This document shows, one piece after another, positions 18,849 to 29,104 of a stretch of DNA of 64,000 nucleotides (position 1 is its first letter; each line of letters starts with the position of its first letter). The notes below the pieces were generated by a model. It was given only the letters and a program-made list of their open reading frames with translations, was not told where the DNA came from and searched no databases. This DNA is from Candidatus Fervidifonticultor sextus (GTDB lineage: Bacteria > Sysuimicrobiota > Sysuimicrobiia > Sysuimicrobiales > Humicultoraceae): assembly GCA_031459875.1 (NCBI GenBank), contig JAVKHQ010000002.1, positions 1 to 64,000 on the forward strand. Reading direction: 5' to 3'. A program made the position numbers and the translations under genes.

Positions 18849-19871
18849 TCACTCCAGCCGGATGCGCGGGTCCATCCAGGCGTAGGCCAGGTCCACCAGA
18901 AAACTGAGCAGCATGTAGACCAGGGCGACGAACAGCGTGACGCCCATGATCGCCGGGAAGTCAAGTTTGCTGGCGGCGTCCACGGCGTAGCGGCCGATCC
19001 CGGGCCAGGCGAAGATCGTCTCCGTCATCACCGCGCCGGCCATCAGGTTGCCGAAGGCCAGGCCGACGACCGTGATGGTGGGGATCAGCGCGTTGCGCAG
19101 CGCGTGGCGGCCGACCACCAGGCGCTCGGCCAGCCCCTTGGCCCGGGCAGTGCGGATGAAGTCCTGGGCCAGGATCTCAAGGACGCTGGATCGCGTGACC
19201 CGGGTGATGACCCCCATCACGTAGGCGCCCAGCACCAGGGAGGGCAGCACCAGATGATGCAGCGCACTGGCCACAGCGGCCCAGTCCCGGGCCAGCAGGC
19301 CGTCGAGCACCATCAGGCCGGTGACCACCGGCGGGGGGACGAGCTGCGGGTCCAGCCGGCCGGGTCCGGGCGCCACCTGGAGACGGTAGTAGAAGGCCGA
19401 CAGCGCCAGCAGTCCCAGCCAGAAGACGGGCATGGAGACCCCGATCAGCGACCCGATGCGGGCGGCGTGATCGGGCCACCGGTCGCGGGAAACGGCGCCG
19501 ATGACCCCCAGCGGGAGCCCGACGGCCACCGCGACCGTCATGGCGGCCAGCGTGAGTTCGACGGTGGCCGGGATGAAGGTCTTGAGGTCCTCGGCCACCG
19601 GCTGCTGGGTGGCAATGGAGGTGCCGAGGTCGCCGCGGACCAGGTTGGTCACATAGCGGACGTAGCGCACCGCCGGGGGGGCGTCCAGCCCCCACCGCTC
19701 CCGGTAGGCCCTGACGATCTCGGGATTGGCCATGGCGCGTTCCGACAGCACCATGGCCAGGGGATCGGCCGGGATGAGGTAGGTGAGAACGAACCCGATC
19801 AGGGTGATCAGGAACAGCACGGGGACGGTCACGAGCGCCCGGCGCCCGACGAATCGCCAGAAGTGCGTCAA
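18849..19871 (-). CDS. Peptide/nickel ABC transporter permease (DppB-like)
   Basis: GDLGTS, DFIRTARAKGL, ETIFAWPGIG, DPRIR. Confidence 0.92.
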   Translation of the reverse strand: MTHFWRFVGRRALVTVPVLFLITLIGFVLTYLIPADPLAMVLSERAMANPEIVRAYRERWGLDAPPAVRYVRYVTNLVRGDLGTSIATQQPVAEDLKTFIPATVELTLAAMTVAVAVGLPLGVIGAVSRDRWPDHAARIGSLIGVSMPVFWLGLLALSAFYYRLQVAPGPGRLDPQLVPPPVVTGLMVLDGLLARDWAAVASALHHLVLPSLVLGAYVMGVITRVTRSSVLEILAQDFIRTARAKGLAERLVVGRHALRNALIPTITVVGLAFGNLMAGAVMTETIFAWPGIGRYAVDAASKLDFPAIMGVTLFVALVYMLLSFLVDLAYAWMDPRIRLE

Positions 19872-19953
19872 CCGCCCCCGCCCGCCTTTACCACCCCACG
19901 ACTGCCCGCCGGGCGCTCGCGGGGATCCGACTTGCCTGCTTCACCAGGCCGGT

Positions 19954-21543
19954 CTACTTCACATAGTAGTAGTCGAGGAAGTACACCGGATTGTAGACCA
20001 CGCCGCTCACGTTACCGCCCACCGCGATGTTCACCTTGGGCTGGATCAACCCGACGAACGCGGCGTCGGCGATCAGGATCCGCTGCAGTTCCAGGTACAT
20101 CTGGGCGCGCTTGGCCGGATCGGTGATCTTCCCGGCCTCGGCCGCCAGCGCGCCGGCTTTGGGGTTGTCGTAGTAGACGCGCCTGGCCGCCGACGCCCCC
20201 TTCACGGCAAAGGGGATCGCCCAGCCGTGCGGGTCGGCGAAGTCGGGCGTCCAGTCGGCGATGGTGATGGCCAGCTTGCCGCCGCGGTAGTCGGCGCGCC
20301 AGGCGACGGTCTCGCGGGGCTCGAGTTGGAGTTGCACCCCGATCTGGGCCAGATCCGCCTGCAGCTTGGTCGCCAGGGTTTCCGCGGGAAGGCCCCCCAC
20401 CAGCACGCGCGTCGGGTAGACCATCTTCACCGAGAAGCCGTTGGGATACCCCACCTCGGCGAGGAGTTGCCTGGCCCTCTGGAGGTCGCGCTTCGGCGCC
20501 AGCGCCGGGTCGGTCCCCAGCAGCCCGAGCGGGATGATCGAGGGGATCTGCAGCGCGGCCCCCCGCATCAGGCCCCGGATGATCCCCTCGTAGTCGAGGG
20601 CCGCGGCCACCGCCTGGCGGACCTTCCGCTCGGCCAGGGCGGAGGAGATCTGCACGTTCGTCGTCATCGCCAGGTAGGTCATGTCCAGGGTACTGCCCTC
20701 GACCACCCGGCCCTTGCCGGACCGCCGGAACCGGGCGGTCAGGTCGGCGTCCAGGCTCTGGGCGATGTGGACGTCGCCGCGCTCGACCTGCTCCAGCTGG
20801 GTTGAGGGATCGGGGATGTCGCGGACCACGATGCGCGCAAACGGCGGCGCCGGGCGCCAGTAGTTGGGGTTGCGTTCCAGCACGACCTCGACGCCCCGGG
20901 TCCACCGCCGCAGGATGTAGGGCCCGGTGCCGGCGGAGTTCTGGTCCAGCCAGTCGGTGGCCTTGTCCGCCTTGTCGGCGTTGGCAGCATCGGTGCCGTT
21001 GTGGGCCCGGACGGCCCTCGAGTCCACCACGGCGAAGTTCGGGGAGGTCAGGATCGAGAGGAACGCTGCATTGGGCTCGGTCAGGGTGAAGCGCACGGTG
21101 CTGGCGTCGACCGCCTCGATCTTGGCCACGTGGTCGCTGAACAGCCAGGCCGGGTTGTCCTTGAGGTTGCCCAGCCGCCTGTAGGAGAAGACCACGTCGT
21201 CGGCGGTCATCGTGCCGCCGGTGTGGAACCGCACGCCCCGACGGAGTTTGAACGTGTACACCTTGCCGTCGGGCGAGACGGTGTAGGATTCGGCCAGCAG
21301 CGGCTCCAGTTTGGTCAGGTTCCGCCCCTGATCGGCCGGCGTCACCAGGGTCTCGTAGGCCGCCCGCATGATCTGCGGCGGCGAAATCTCGTACTGCCGG
21401 TGCGGGTCCAGGGTGCGGATGTCCATCTTGGCGATGGCGGCCACCAGCACCCGCCCGGTCGGCGCGGCCTGACCGCTCGCTCCCAGGACCAGCGCGGTTG
21501 CCATGACGAGCAGGATCGTGCCGAGCAATCTCCTCACTCCCAT
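19954..21543 (-). CDS. ABC transporter solute-binding protein, family 5
   Basis: Signal peptide, TLDPH, YTFKLRRGVRFH, GTGPY. Confidence 0.9.
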   Translation of the reverse strand: MGVRRLLGTILLVMATALVLGASGQAAPTGRVLVAAIAKMDIRTLDPHRQYEISPPQIMRAAYETLVTPADQGRNLTKLEPLLAESYTVSPDGKVYTFKLRRGVRFHTGGTMTADDVVFSYRRLGNLKDNPAWLFSDHVAKIEAVDASTVRFTLTEPNAAFLSILTSPNFAVVDSRAVRAHNGTDAANADKADKATDWLDQNSAGTGPYILRRWTRGVEVVLERNPNYWRPAPPFARIVVRDIPDPSTQLEQVERGDVHIAQSLDADLTARFRRSGKGRVVEGSTLDMTYLAMTTNVQISSALAERKVRQAVAAALDYEGIIRGLMRGAALQIPSIIPLGLLGTDPALAPKRDLQRARQLLAEVGYPNGFSVKMVYPTRVLVGGLPAETLATKLQADLAQIGVQLQLEPRETVAWRADYRGGKLAITIADWTPDFADPHGWAIPFAVKGASAARRVYYDNPKAGALAAEAGKITDPAKRAQMYLELQRILIADAAFVGLIQPKVNIAVGGNVSGVVYNPVYFLDYYYVK

Positions 21544-21563
21544 CCCTCCTCCGCGTCTGTCCG

Positions 21564-22568
21564 TCACGGATGCACCACGATCTTGATCGTGCGGCGCTGG
21601 TGAATCAGGCCGAGCGCCTGAGACATTTCGGAGAGCGCCATACGGTGGCTGATCAGCGGCCGGACCTGACCCGATGCCAGCAGCCCCAGGCAGTGCTCGT
21701 ATTCGCCCCACGTATAGCAAAGCCTGCCGAGCACCCGCAATTCCCTCCGCACGATGGGACCCGGGGCGATCGCCGCGGCGCCGTGGTAGACGCCCAGCAG
21801 GATCACCCGGGCGCCGCGGCCGGCGGCCTCGCAGGCGGTGGCCACCAGCGCCGGGGCGCCGGTGGCCTCGACGACCACGCTCGCCCCGCCCCCGGTGATC
21901 CTCCACACGGCGGCGGCGGGATCTTCAGTCCTCGCATCCACCGTGAGGTCGGCGCCCACCTCGCGGGCCAGCGCCAGGGCGTCGTCCCGCCGGCCCACGG
22001 CGATCAGGCGGCGGGGGCGGCGCAGCCGGGCCGCCTGGATCGCATAGAGGCCGATGGCGCCCACCCCGAACACCGCCACCGTGTCGTCGCTCTGGATCAC
22101 CGCCGCCTCCACGCCGTGATAGGCCGACGCCAGCGGGTCGGCGGCGGTGGCCTTGTCGAACGAGAGGCCGGGCGGGATGTGGTGGAGGTTGCGGGCGGGC
22201 GCCACCATGTACTCCGCGAACCCGCCGTTGGCGTCGATGCCCAGCTCCACGAGCCGCTCGCACAGTTCTGGCTGGGCGGTCCGGCAGGGCCCGCAGAGAC
22301 CGCAGGCGACGACCAGGTCGACCGCCACGCGCTCGCCGGGACGAAACCCGAGTACCCCCTCCCCCACGCGGTCCACGTCCCCCGCGACCTCGTGGCCGGG
22401 GATGAGGGGGGTCGGCACGGGACGGATCCCGTTGAAGATGGGCAGGTCCGAACCGCAGATCCCCGCGGCCCGGACCCGCACCCGGACCCACCCGGGCGGC
22501 GGCTCGGGGACCGGGACGTCCTTGAGGACGAAGCCCGGGCCCGGCCGCTCTTTGACCACCGCCAGCAT
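21564..22568 (-). CDS. Zn-dependent alcohol dehydrogenase (MDR, Tdh/sorbitol DH-like)
   Basis: GICGSD, GHE, CGLCGPC..C, GVGAIG. Confidence 0.9.
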   Translation of the reverse strand: MLAVVKERPGPGFVLKDVPVPEPPPGWVRVRVRAAGICGSDLPIFNGIRPVPTPLIPGHEVAGDVDRVGEGVLGFRPGERVAVDLVVACGLCGPCRTAQPELCERLVELGIDANGGFAEYMVAPARNLHHIPPGLSFDKATAADPLASAYHGVEAAVIQSDDTVAVFGVGAIGLYAIQAARLRRPRRLIAVGRRDDALALAREVGADLTVDARTEDPAAAVWRITGGGASVVVEATGAPALVATACEAAGRGARVILLGVYHGAAAIAPGPIVRRELRVLGRLCYTWGEYEHCLGLLASGQVRPLISHRMALSEMSQALGLIHQRRTIKIVVHP

Positions 22569-22580
22569 GGGCCGGAGGAA

Positions 22581-23885
22581 TCAGACCGGCGCCGTTGCCC
22601 CGACCCGCGCGAGCACGCCCAGCAGCGCCTCCACCCCGTCGGAGGCCTGCTCCCGGGTGATGACCAGCGGCGGCACGATGCGGAGGGTGGCCTCCCCACA
22701 CTTGGTCAGCACGACGCCAGCGCGCGAGGCGCCTGCCAGCACGTCGCGGATGCGCGGTGCGGCCGGCCGGCGGGTATCCGGGTCCACGAGGTCTGCGCCG
22801 AGCATCAGGCCGAGCCCGCGCACCTCGCCGATCTGCGGGATGCGGTGGCGGGCCGATTCAAAGGCCTCGCGGATGAACGCGCCGACATCACGGGCGCGGT
22901 CGATCAGTCCCTCTGCCTCAACGACCTCGATCGTCGCCAGGCCGGCCGCGCAGGCGACGGGATTGCCGCCGAAGGTCGACCCGTGCGCGCCCGGTTCCCA
23001 GGCGTCGGCGACCTCGGCGCGCGCCAGCACCGCACCCAGCGGCAGTCCGCCGCCGAGGGCCTTGCCGAGGACGAGGATGTCGGGCTCCAGCCCCCAGTGC
23101 TCGACGGCGAACCACCTCCCGGTGCGGCCGAGGCCCGTCTGCACCTCGTCGGCGATCACCAGGAACCCGTGCCGGCGGGCCAGGGCCCAGAGGCCCTCCA
23201 GGAACCCCGGCGGGGGGACGAGGTAGCCCCCTTCGCCCAGGATCGGCTCGACGACGACCGCGGCGACGTCCTCGGGCGGGAGGACCGTGCGGAAGGCGTC
23301 CTCCAGCAGGGCCAGCGCCGCCTTCCCGCGCTCTTCGGGCGTGCTCCCCAACGGGAGGTGGGGCGCCGGGTAGACGGCGTGATACACGCCCGGCAGCAGC
23401 GCGGACAGGCGACGGCGGTAGGCGGCGACGCTCGCCGTCAGCGCCAGCGCGCCCATCGGCCGGCCGTGGAAGGCGTGGTGGAAGGCGATGACCACGGGCC
23501 GACGCGTGGCGTAGCGCGCCAGTTTGACCGCGGCTTCGACCGCCTCGCTGCCGCTGTTGAGCAGGATGCCCTTGCCAGAGGCCAGCTGGCCCGGCGCGAG
23601 CCGGCGCAGCCTCTCCAGCAGGCGCACATAGGGCTCCATGACGCCGATGTGCGCCGCGGCGTGCACGAGCGTCCGGGCCTGGGCGACGACCGCCTCGACG
23701 ACCCGGGGATGGCCGTGGCCGACGGCCATGGTGGCGATGCCGGCCGCGAAGTCCAGGTAGCGTCGTCCGTCGGCATCGTAGAGGTAGACACCTTCGCCCC
23801 GGACGAAGGTCAGGTCGGTGTAGCGGTAGATCGAGGGCATGGTGACTTCCTGAAACCGGCGCAGCAGGTCTCCAGACGTGGTCAT
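22581..23885 (-). CDS. Class III PLP aminotransferase (GabT/ArgD-like)
   Basis: NSGSEAVEAA, FHG, EPILGEGG, DEVQTGLGRTG, GKALGGG, STFGGNP. Confidence 0.92.
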   Translation of the reverse strand: MTTSGDLLRRFQEVTMPSIYRYTDLTFVRGEGVYLYDADGRRYLDFAAGIATMAVGHGHPRVVEAVVAQARTLVHAAAHIGVMEPYVRLLERLRRLAPGQLASGKGILLNSGSEAVEAAVKLARYATRRPVVIAFHHAFHGRPMGALALTASVAAYRRRLSALLPGVYHAVYPAPHLPLGSTPEERGKAALALLEDAFRTVLPPEDVAAVVVEPILGEGGYLVPPPGFLEGLWALARRHGFLVIADEVQTGLGRTGRWFAVEHWGLEPDILVLGKALGGGLPLGAVLARAEVADAWEPGAHGSTFGGNPVACAAGLATIEVVEAEGLIDRARDVGAFIREAFESARHRIPQIGEVRGLGLMLGADLVDPDTRRPAAPRIRDVLAGASRAGVVLTKCGEATLRIVPPLVITREQASDGVEALLGVLARVGATAPV

Positions 23886-23989
23886 GAATGGTTCCTCCCT
23901 GGCCCCTGAGGGGTACTTCGGTTCCCCCGCAGGCCCTCCTTGTCTGTCAACGCCCGACCGGCCGGCGCTATGCTGGAAGGGGATCTGCC

Positions 23990-25087
23990 GTGCAGGACAT
24001 CCTGCCATCGCCCCTCAAGGCCGGCCGCTGTGGCCTCTGCGGGGCTTCATCGTTGCTCATCTCCCGGCAGCTGCGCGTCTGCGCGGTGTGCATCCGGACC
24101 GATCCGGACCGCGCGCTGCCCCTGGCCGCAGCAGCCCACCGCCGGGCGCGGCGGCTCTTCCGGTTGCCCGAACAGCCACCCCGGTCGGCCGAGGGCATTC
24201 CGTGCTCGCTGTGCGCGCAGGAGTGCCGGATGGCCGAGGGCGAGCGCGGCTACTGCAACCTCCGGGAGAACCGCGGGGGCAGGATGGCCGTGCTGGCCGG
24301 CGGCCCGGATGCCGGCATCCTCCACTGGTACTACGATCCGCTGCCCACGAACTGCGTGGCGATGGACGTCTGCGGCGAGCGGGGGACCTCCGGCAAGGAC
24401 AACCTGGCCGTGTTCTACGGCGCATGCGCGCTCAACTGCCTGTTCTGCCAGAACTGGCACTATATGCAGAACGCCGCCGCCCTGAGCCCACGGGTGAGCG
24501 CGGTCGAACTGGCCGACGCCGCCACCGCCCGCGTCGCGTGCCTCTGCTACTTCGGGGGCGATCCCGCCCCGCAGGTCCCCCACGCGCTGGCCGTCTCGCG
24601 TCTGGTCGGGACGCGCGGTCGCGTCCGGATCTGCTGGGAGACCAGCGGCACGATGCACCCCGCCTACCTCAGGCGCGTCGTCGACGTCTCGCTGGCCAGC
24701 GGGGGCACCGTCAAGTTCGACCTGAAGGCCCACAGCGAGGCGCTCCACATCGCCCTGACCGGCTTCTCCAACCGGCGGACCCTGCAGAATTTCGCCGCCG
24801 CGGCGGCGCGCGCCGCCGAACGCCCGGATCCCCCGCTGGTCGTCGCGAGCACGCCGCTGGTCCCCGGCTACGTGGACGTGGAAGAAGTCGGCGCCATCGC
24901 GCGGTTTGTCGCGTCGCTGGATCGCGGGATCCCCTACCGGCTGCTGGCGTTCTACCCGAGCTTTCTGATGGACAACCTGCCGACGACATCCCGCGCCCAC
25001 GCGCAGCGTTGCCTGGACGCGGCCCGAAATGCGGGGCTGCAGCGCGTCGCCCTGGGCAACGTCCACCTGCTCGGCGACCTGTACTGA
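23990..25087 (+). CDS. Radical SAM protein (PFL-activase/AmmeMemo-like) with N-terminal Cys clusters
   Basis: CALNCLFCQNW motif, GGDP, N-terminal CGLC/CAVC/CSLC; GTG start inferred at 23990. Confidence 0.85.
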   Translation: MQDILPSPLKAGRCGLCGASSLLISRQLRVCAVCIRTDPDRALPLAAAAHRRARRLFRLPEQPPRSAEGIPCSLCAQECRMAEGERGYCNLRENRGGRMAVLAGGPDAGILHWYYDPLPTNCVAMDVCGERGTSGKDNLAVFYGACALNCLFCQNWHYMQNAAALSPRVSAVELADAATARVACLCYFGGDPAPQVPHALAVSRLVGTRGRVRICWETSGTMHPAYLRRVVDVSLASGGTVKFDLKAHSEALHIALTGFSNRRTLQNFAAAAARAAERPDPPLVVASTPLVPGYVDVEEVGAIARFVASLDRGIPYRLLAFYPSFLMDNLPTTSRAHAQRCLDAARNAGLQRVALGNVHLLGDLY

Positions 25088-25200
25088 GCCGCGCCGTCAC
25101 GAGGATGCCCGGCCCAACGGATCCATCCCTGCGCCGATTGGCAACAGGGTCCGCGCCACCGCTCGCCCTCAGCGGGGACGCTCAGGAGAACCCGGGCCGC

Positions 25201-27345
25201 TTACGCCGCGCGGCCCGCCCGCAGGAGGCGGCCCGAGTTGAGCAGGATGAAGACGTCGGGGACGACCTGGGCCGCCGCGGCGAAGATCGGCGGGAGCACC
25301 CCCGCGGCCGCCAGCGTGACGCCCACCACATTGTAGGCCACCGCGCCGAGCAGGTTCTGCCGGATCACCGCAAACGCCCGCCGGCCGATGCGCACGGCCT
25401 CGGGCACCAGGCGCCAGTCGTCCCGCAGCAGGGCCACATCCGCGGCCTCGATGGCCGCGCCGGTGGCCGCCCCCATGGCGATGCCCGCGTCGGATTGGGC
25501 CAGGGCCGGCGCGTCGTTGATCCCGTCGCCGACCATGGCGACGACGCGGCCTTGGCGCTGCAGGCGCCGGACCACGGCGATCTTGTCCTGGGGGAGCAGG
25601 TCGGCCTGGAAGTCGATCCCCAGCGGTTCGGCGATGGCGCGGGCGACCTGGGCGTTGTCGCCTGTGAGCATGGCGCAATGCCGGATGCCCAGACGGCGCA
25701 ACTCCTCGAGGGCCTGGGGGACCTCAGGCCGGGGCGCATCGGCGATGGCGACCAGCCCGATGACCGCCCGGTCCTCCGCCACGTAGACGACCGTCTGTCC
25801 CTGCACTTCAAGGTCGCGGGCCCGACGGTCCATCGCCCCCGCCACCTCGAACCCCTGGTCCTCGATGAACCGGCGGCTGCCGACGGCGACCTGCCGCGCG
25901 CCCTCGTGCAGGACCACGCCCTGCCCCGGGGATACCTGGACGTCGGCCGCCTCGCCGCCGCTGATGGGGCGTGCGGCGGGCCACCCAACCGTGGAGGCCG
26001 ACCGGTGCGGCGCCGCAGTCCCCGCGGCCGCGGTAATCGCGGCCGCGATGGGGTGCTCGGAGTAGCGCTCGGCGGCCGCGGCCGCGGCCAGGACCTCCCC
26101 GGCATCGCGCCCGTCTTGAGGAAACACCCCGGTCACGCGCGGCCGGCCCAGCGTCAGGGTCCCGGTCTTGTCCACCAGGATCGCGTCGACCCGGGCCAGC
26201 GCCTCCAGCGCGGCCCCGCCCTTGACCAGGATCCCGCGCCGGGCGGCCCGGCCCACCGCCGCCACGACCGCCACGGGCGTGGCCAGGGCGATCCCGCAGG
26301 AGCAGGAGACGACCAGCACCGCGACCGCCGCCGTGGCCGATCCCCCCAGCAGCCAGGTGCCCGCCGCCACCGCCGCCACGATGGGGATGTAGTAGGCCGT
26401 CACGCGGTCCGCGAACCGCTGCGCCCGGCTCTTGGAGGCCTCCGCCTCCTCGACCAGGCGGATGATGCGGCCGAACGTGGAGTCCGGACCGACATGCTCG
26501 GCCCGCACCCGCAGGACGCCGTCCAGGTTGACCGTCGCCGCCAGCACGGCCTGCCCCGGCCCGCGCTCGACCGGCACCGACTCCCCGGTGATCGGCGCCT
26601 GGTTGACCGACGCCCGACCAGAGACCACCACGCCGTCGGTGGGGATCCGCTCGCCGGGTTTGACCAGCACGATCTCGCCGGGCCGGACCTGCGCGGCCGG
26701 GACGACCGTCTCCTGGCCGTCGCGGTCCACGCGGGCCTCCAGTGGCTGCAGGGCCACCAATTCGCGGATGGCCGCCCGCGCGCGACCGGCCGCGTAGGCG
26801 TCGAGGAAATCGGCGAACCGCATGAAGAAGACGATGACCGCCGCCGCCCCGTACTCGCCGACCGCCAGGGCGCCGGCGATCCCCAGCGTCATCAGGGCAT
26901 GCGGGGTGACGGTGCGGGCCCGCAGGGCGAGGGCGACCCTGCGGAAGATGGGGAACCCGCCGACGAGGACCGCCGCCACCGCCACGGGCGCGGGGACGAG
27001 CCGCGAGGCGGCCTCGACCCAGCCCAGGCGCTCGGCGGCCAGGCCCCCCAGCACCACCGCCGCGACCGCCACCACGAAGAGCCCCGAGATGAGGTCCGGG
27101 AGCGGCGGTCGGGCGCTCACCTCCGGTCCGCCGGAGACGCGATAGCCCAGGTCCTCAATCGTGCGTGCCAGCGTGGCCAGCGACGTGCGCGCGGGGTCGA
27201 ACACCACCGTGGCGCGCTCGGCGCCCAGCGAGACCCGGGCCTGCTCGACCCCGCCGACCCGCTGCAGCGCCCGCTCGATCTTCAGCGCGCAGTCGGCGCA
27301 GTCCATCCCGGCAATGGGGATCTCGCGGCGGACGGTGGTGGTCAT
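25201..27345 (-). CDS. Heavy-metal-translocating P1B-type ATPase
   Basis: HMA GMDCADC, TGES, SCSC, DKTGT, SEHP, GDGINDAP. Confidence 0.93.
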   Translation of the reverse strand: MTTTVRREIPIAGMDCADCALKIERALQRVGGVEQARVSLGAERATVVFDPARTSLATLARTIEDLGYRVSGGPEVSARPPLPDLISGLFVVAVAAVVLGGLAAERLGWVEAASRLVPAPVAVAAVLVGGFPIFRRVALALRARTVTPHALMTLGIAGALAVGEYGAAAVIVFFMRFADFLDAYAAGRARAAIRELVALQPLEARVDRDGQETVVPAAQVRPGEIVLVKPGERIPTDGVVVSGRASVNQAPITGESVPVERGPGQAVLAATVNLDGVLRVRAEHVGPDSTFGRIIRLVEEAEASKSRAQRFADRVTAYYIPIVAAVAAGTWLLGGSATAAVAVLVVSCSCGIALATPVAVVAAVGRAARRGILVKGGAALEALARVDAILVDKTGTLTLGRPRVTGVFPQDGRDAGEVLAAAAAAERYSEHPIAAAITAAAGTAAPHRSASTVGWPAARPISGGEAADVQVSPGQGVVLHEGARQVAVGSRRFIEDQGFEVAGAMDRRARDLEVQGQTVVYVAEDRAVIGLVAIADAPRPEVPQALEELRRLGIRHCAMLTGDNAQVARAIAEPLGIDFQADLLPQDKIAVVRRLQRQGRVVAMVGDGINDAPALAQSDAGIAMGAATGAAIEAADVALLRDDWRLVPEAVRIGRRAFAVIRQNLLGAVAYNVVGVTLAAAGVLPPIFAAAAQVVPDVFILLNSGRLLRAGRAA

Positions 27346-27701
27346 GAACGGCGCCCGTTGTAGCGCGTGCAGCGGAAGATCTGCTCGCCGACCTTCTCCA
27401 GCAGCCGCTCGGCCCGGCCGAGCAGATCCAGGACCAGGGGATCGGCGATGGCGTACTCGACGTACTGGCCGCGCCGCTGCCGGGTGACGAGCCCGCAGTC
27501 CTCCAGGCAGGCGAGGTGCATCGAGGTGTTGGGCTGGCTGAGACCGGCGCGCGCCGCGATGTCCGTCACGCACCGCGGGCCGTCGCGGAGCGCCTCCAGG
27601 ATGGCCAGGCGCGACGGGTCCGAGAACCCCCTGAAGAGTTTGACCTTCAACGATCGCTCGTCCAGCGCCACGGGCACGGGCAGCCCCCGCAGACGTATCA
27701 A
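27342..27701 (-). CDS. ArsR/SmtB metalloregulator (CmtR-like)
   Basis: LFRGFSDPSRLAIL, SQPNTSMHLACLEDCGLV, C-terminal Cys. Confidence 0.9.
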   Translation of the reverse strand: MIRLRGLPVPVALDERSLKVKLFRGFSDPSRLAILEALRDGPRCVTDIAARAGLSQPNTSMHLACLEDCGLVTRQRRGQYVEYAIADPLVLDLLGRAERLLEKVGEQIFRCTRYNGRRS

Positions 27702-27712
27702 TATTCAATTAT

Positions 27713-27741
27713 ATCCTAATGGGTTCGCTGCCAGGGGTCAA
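27713..27741 (-). promoter_or_regulatory. Sigma70 promoter with AT-rich operator-like region for arsR-ATPase
   Basis: TTGACC-17 bp-TAGGAT followed by ATAATTGAATATTGAT. Confidence 0.55.
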
Positions 27742-27799
27742 CGGGCCGCGAGCGCACCACACGGGATCGAGCCGGATCGGCGCGGCAAGCCGGCCGCGC

Positions 27800-29044
27800 C
27801 TACGGCCGGGCGAAGACCGCCACGATGTTCTGGCCGCCGAAGCCGAACCCGTTGGCAATGGCCGCCCGCACCGCGGTGCGCCGGGCCACGTTGGGCACGC
27901 AGTCCACGTCGCAGGCGGGGTCCTGCCGGTCCAGGTTGATCGTCGGCGGGATGATGCCCTCATGGATGGCCTTGACCGCCACCAGCGCACTCAGCGCGCC
28001 GGCCGCACCCATGAGGTGGCCGACCATGGACTTGGGAGAACTCACCGCCACCCGTTCCGCATGAGCCCCGAACGTCTGGCGGATGGCGCGCACCTCGGCG
28101 ACGTCGCCGATTGGCGTCGAGGTGGCGTGGGCGCAGATGTAGTCGACGTCCTCCGGGGCCAGCCCCGCGGACTGCAGCGCGCGGGTCATCGCGCGGGCCG
28201 CCCCCCGCCCCTCGGGGTCCGGAGCGGTGATGTGGTAGGCGTCCGCCGTCGCCGCCCCGCCCAGCACGGTCGCGTACGGACGGGCCCCTCGCGCCTCGGC
28301 GTGCGCACGCCGCTCCAGCACCAGTGCCACCGCGCCTTCCCCAAAGACGAACCCGTCGCGGTCGGCATCGAAGGGACGGCTGGCCCGCTCGGGCTCGTGG
28401 TTGCGCCGGGACAGCGCCCGCATGTTCGCCATCCCCGAGAGCGCCAGCGCGGTCAGCGCCGCTTCGCTGCCGCCGGCGATGACGACGTCGGCCTCGCCGT
28501 CGCGGATCAACCGGAGCGCATCCACCACCGCCTGCACCCCGGAGGCACACGCGGCCGTCGAGGTGATCGCCGGGCCGCGCAGCCCCAGGCTGATGGAGAT
28601 CTGGCAGGCGCCGATGTTGGGCATCATCATGGGCACGAACAGGGGGCTGACCCGGCGCGGCCCGCGCTCGGCGAGCACGACCGTCTCGCGCTCCACCAGG
28701 CTCATGCCGCCGCCGCCGGTGTTCATCACGACGCCGACCCGGTCGGGGTCGGTGCCGTTTGGGCGCAGGCCGGCATCGGCCATGGCCTGGGTGCTGGCCG
28801 CCAGGGCGAACAGCGCAAACCGCTCCAGCCGGCCTCCACCCCGGGCTTCCACGTACGGCGCGGGATCGAAGCCTTTCACCTCGGCCGCGATCTGCACCGG
28901 GAGGGCGGATGGGTCGAAGAGGGTGATCCGGCCGACCCCGGACCGGCCGGCGCACAGAGCCTGCCAGGTCTCCACCGCGGTCAGGCCCACCGGGGTGACC
29001 GCGCCGAGACCGGTCACGACCACGTCGTCACGCGGAGCACTCAC
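27800..29044 (-). CDS. fabF: 3-oxoacyl-ACP synthase II
   Basis: VVVTGLG, AACASG, DGFVFGEG, AHATST, KSMVGH, NGFGFGGQN. Confidence 0.93.
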   Translation of the reverse strand: MSAPRDDVVVTGLGAVTPVGLTAVETWQALCAGRSGVGRITLFDPSALPVQIAAEVKGFDPAPYVEARGGGRLERFALFALAASTQAMADAGLRPNGTDPDRVGVVMNTGGGGMSLVERETVVLAERGPRRVSPLFVPMMMPNIGACQISISLGLRGPAITSTAACASGVQAVVDALRLIRDGEADVVIAGGSEAALTALALSGMANMRALSRRNHEPERASRPFDADRDGFVFGEGAVALVLERRAHAEARGARPYATVLGGAATADAYHITAPDPEGRGAARAMTRALQSAGLAPEDVDYICAHATSTPIGDVAEVRAIRQTFGAHAERVAVSSPKSMVGHLMGAAGALSALVAVKAIHEGIIPPTINLDRQDPACDVDCVPNVARRTAVRAAIANGFGFGGQNIVAVFARP

Positions 29045-29104
29045 GACAGTATCGTACCAGAGCCAGGGATGGGCGGGCACTCCAGCCCTGACGGCGGCCC
29101 ACCC

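Noticed and set aside
23878..27363. 1161-aa plus-strand ORF and many other long overlapping ORFs (e.g. 3443-5632, 17895-20126, 21570-23909, 27719-29926, 39429-41453)
   Set aside because: Antisense or off-frame shadows of well-supported genes in high-GC DNA; Arg/Pro/Gly-rich with no recognisable motifs.
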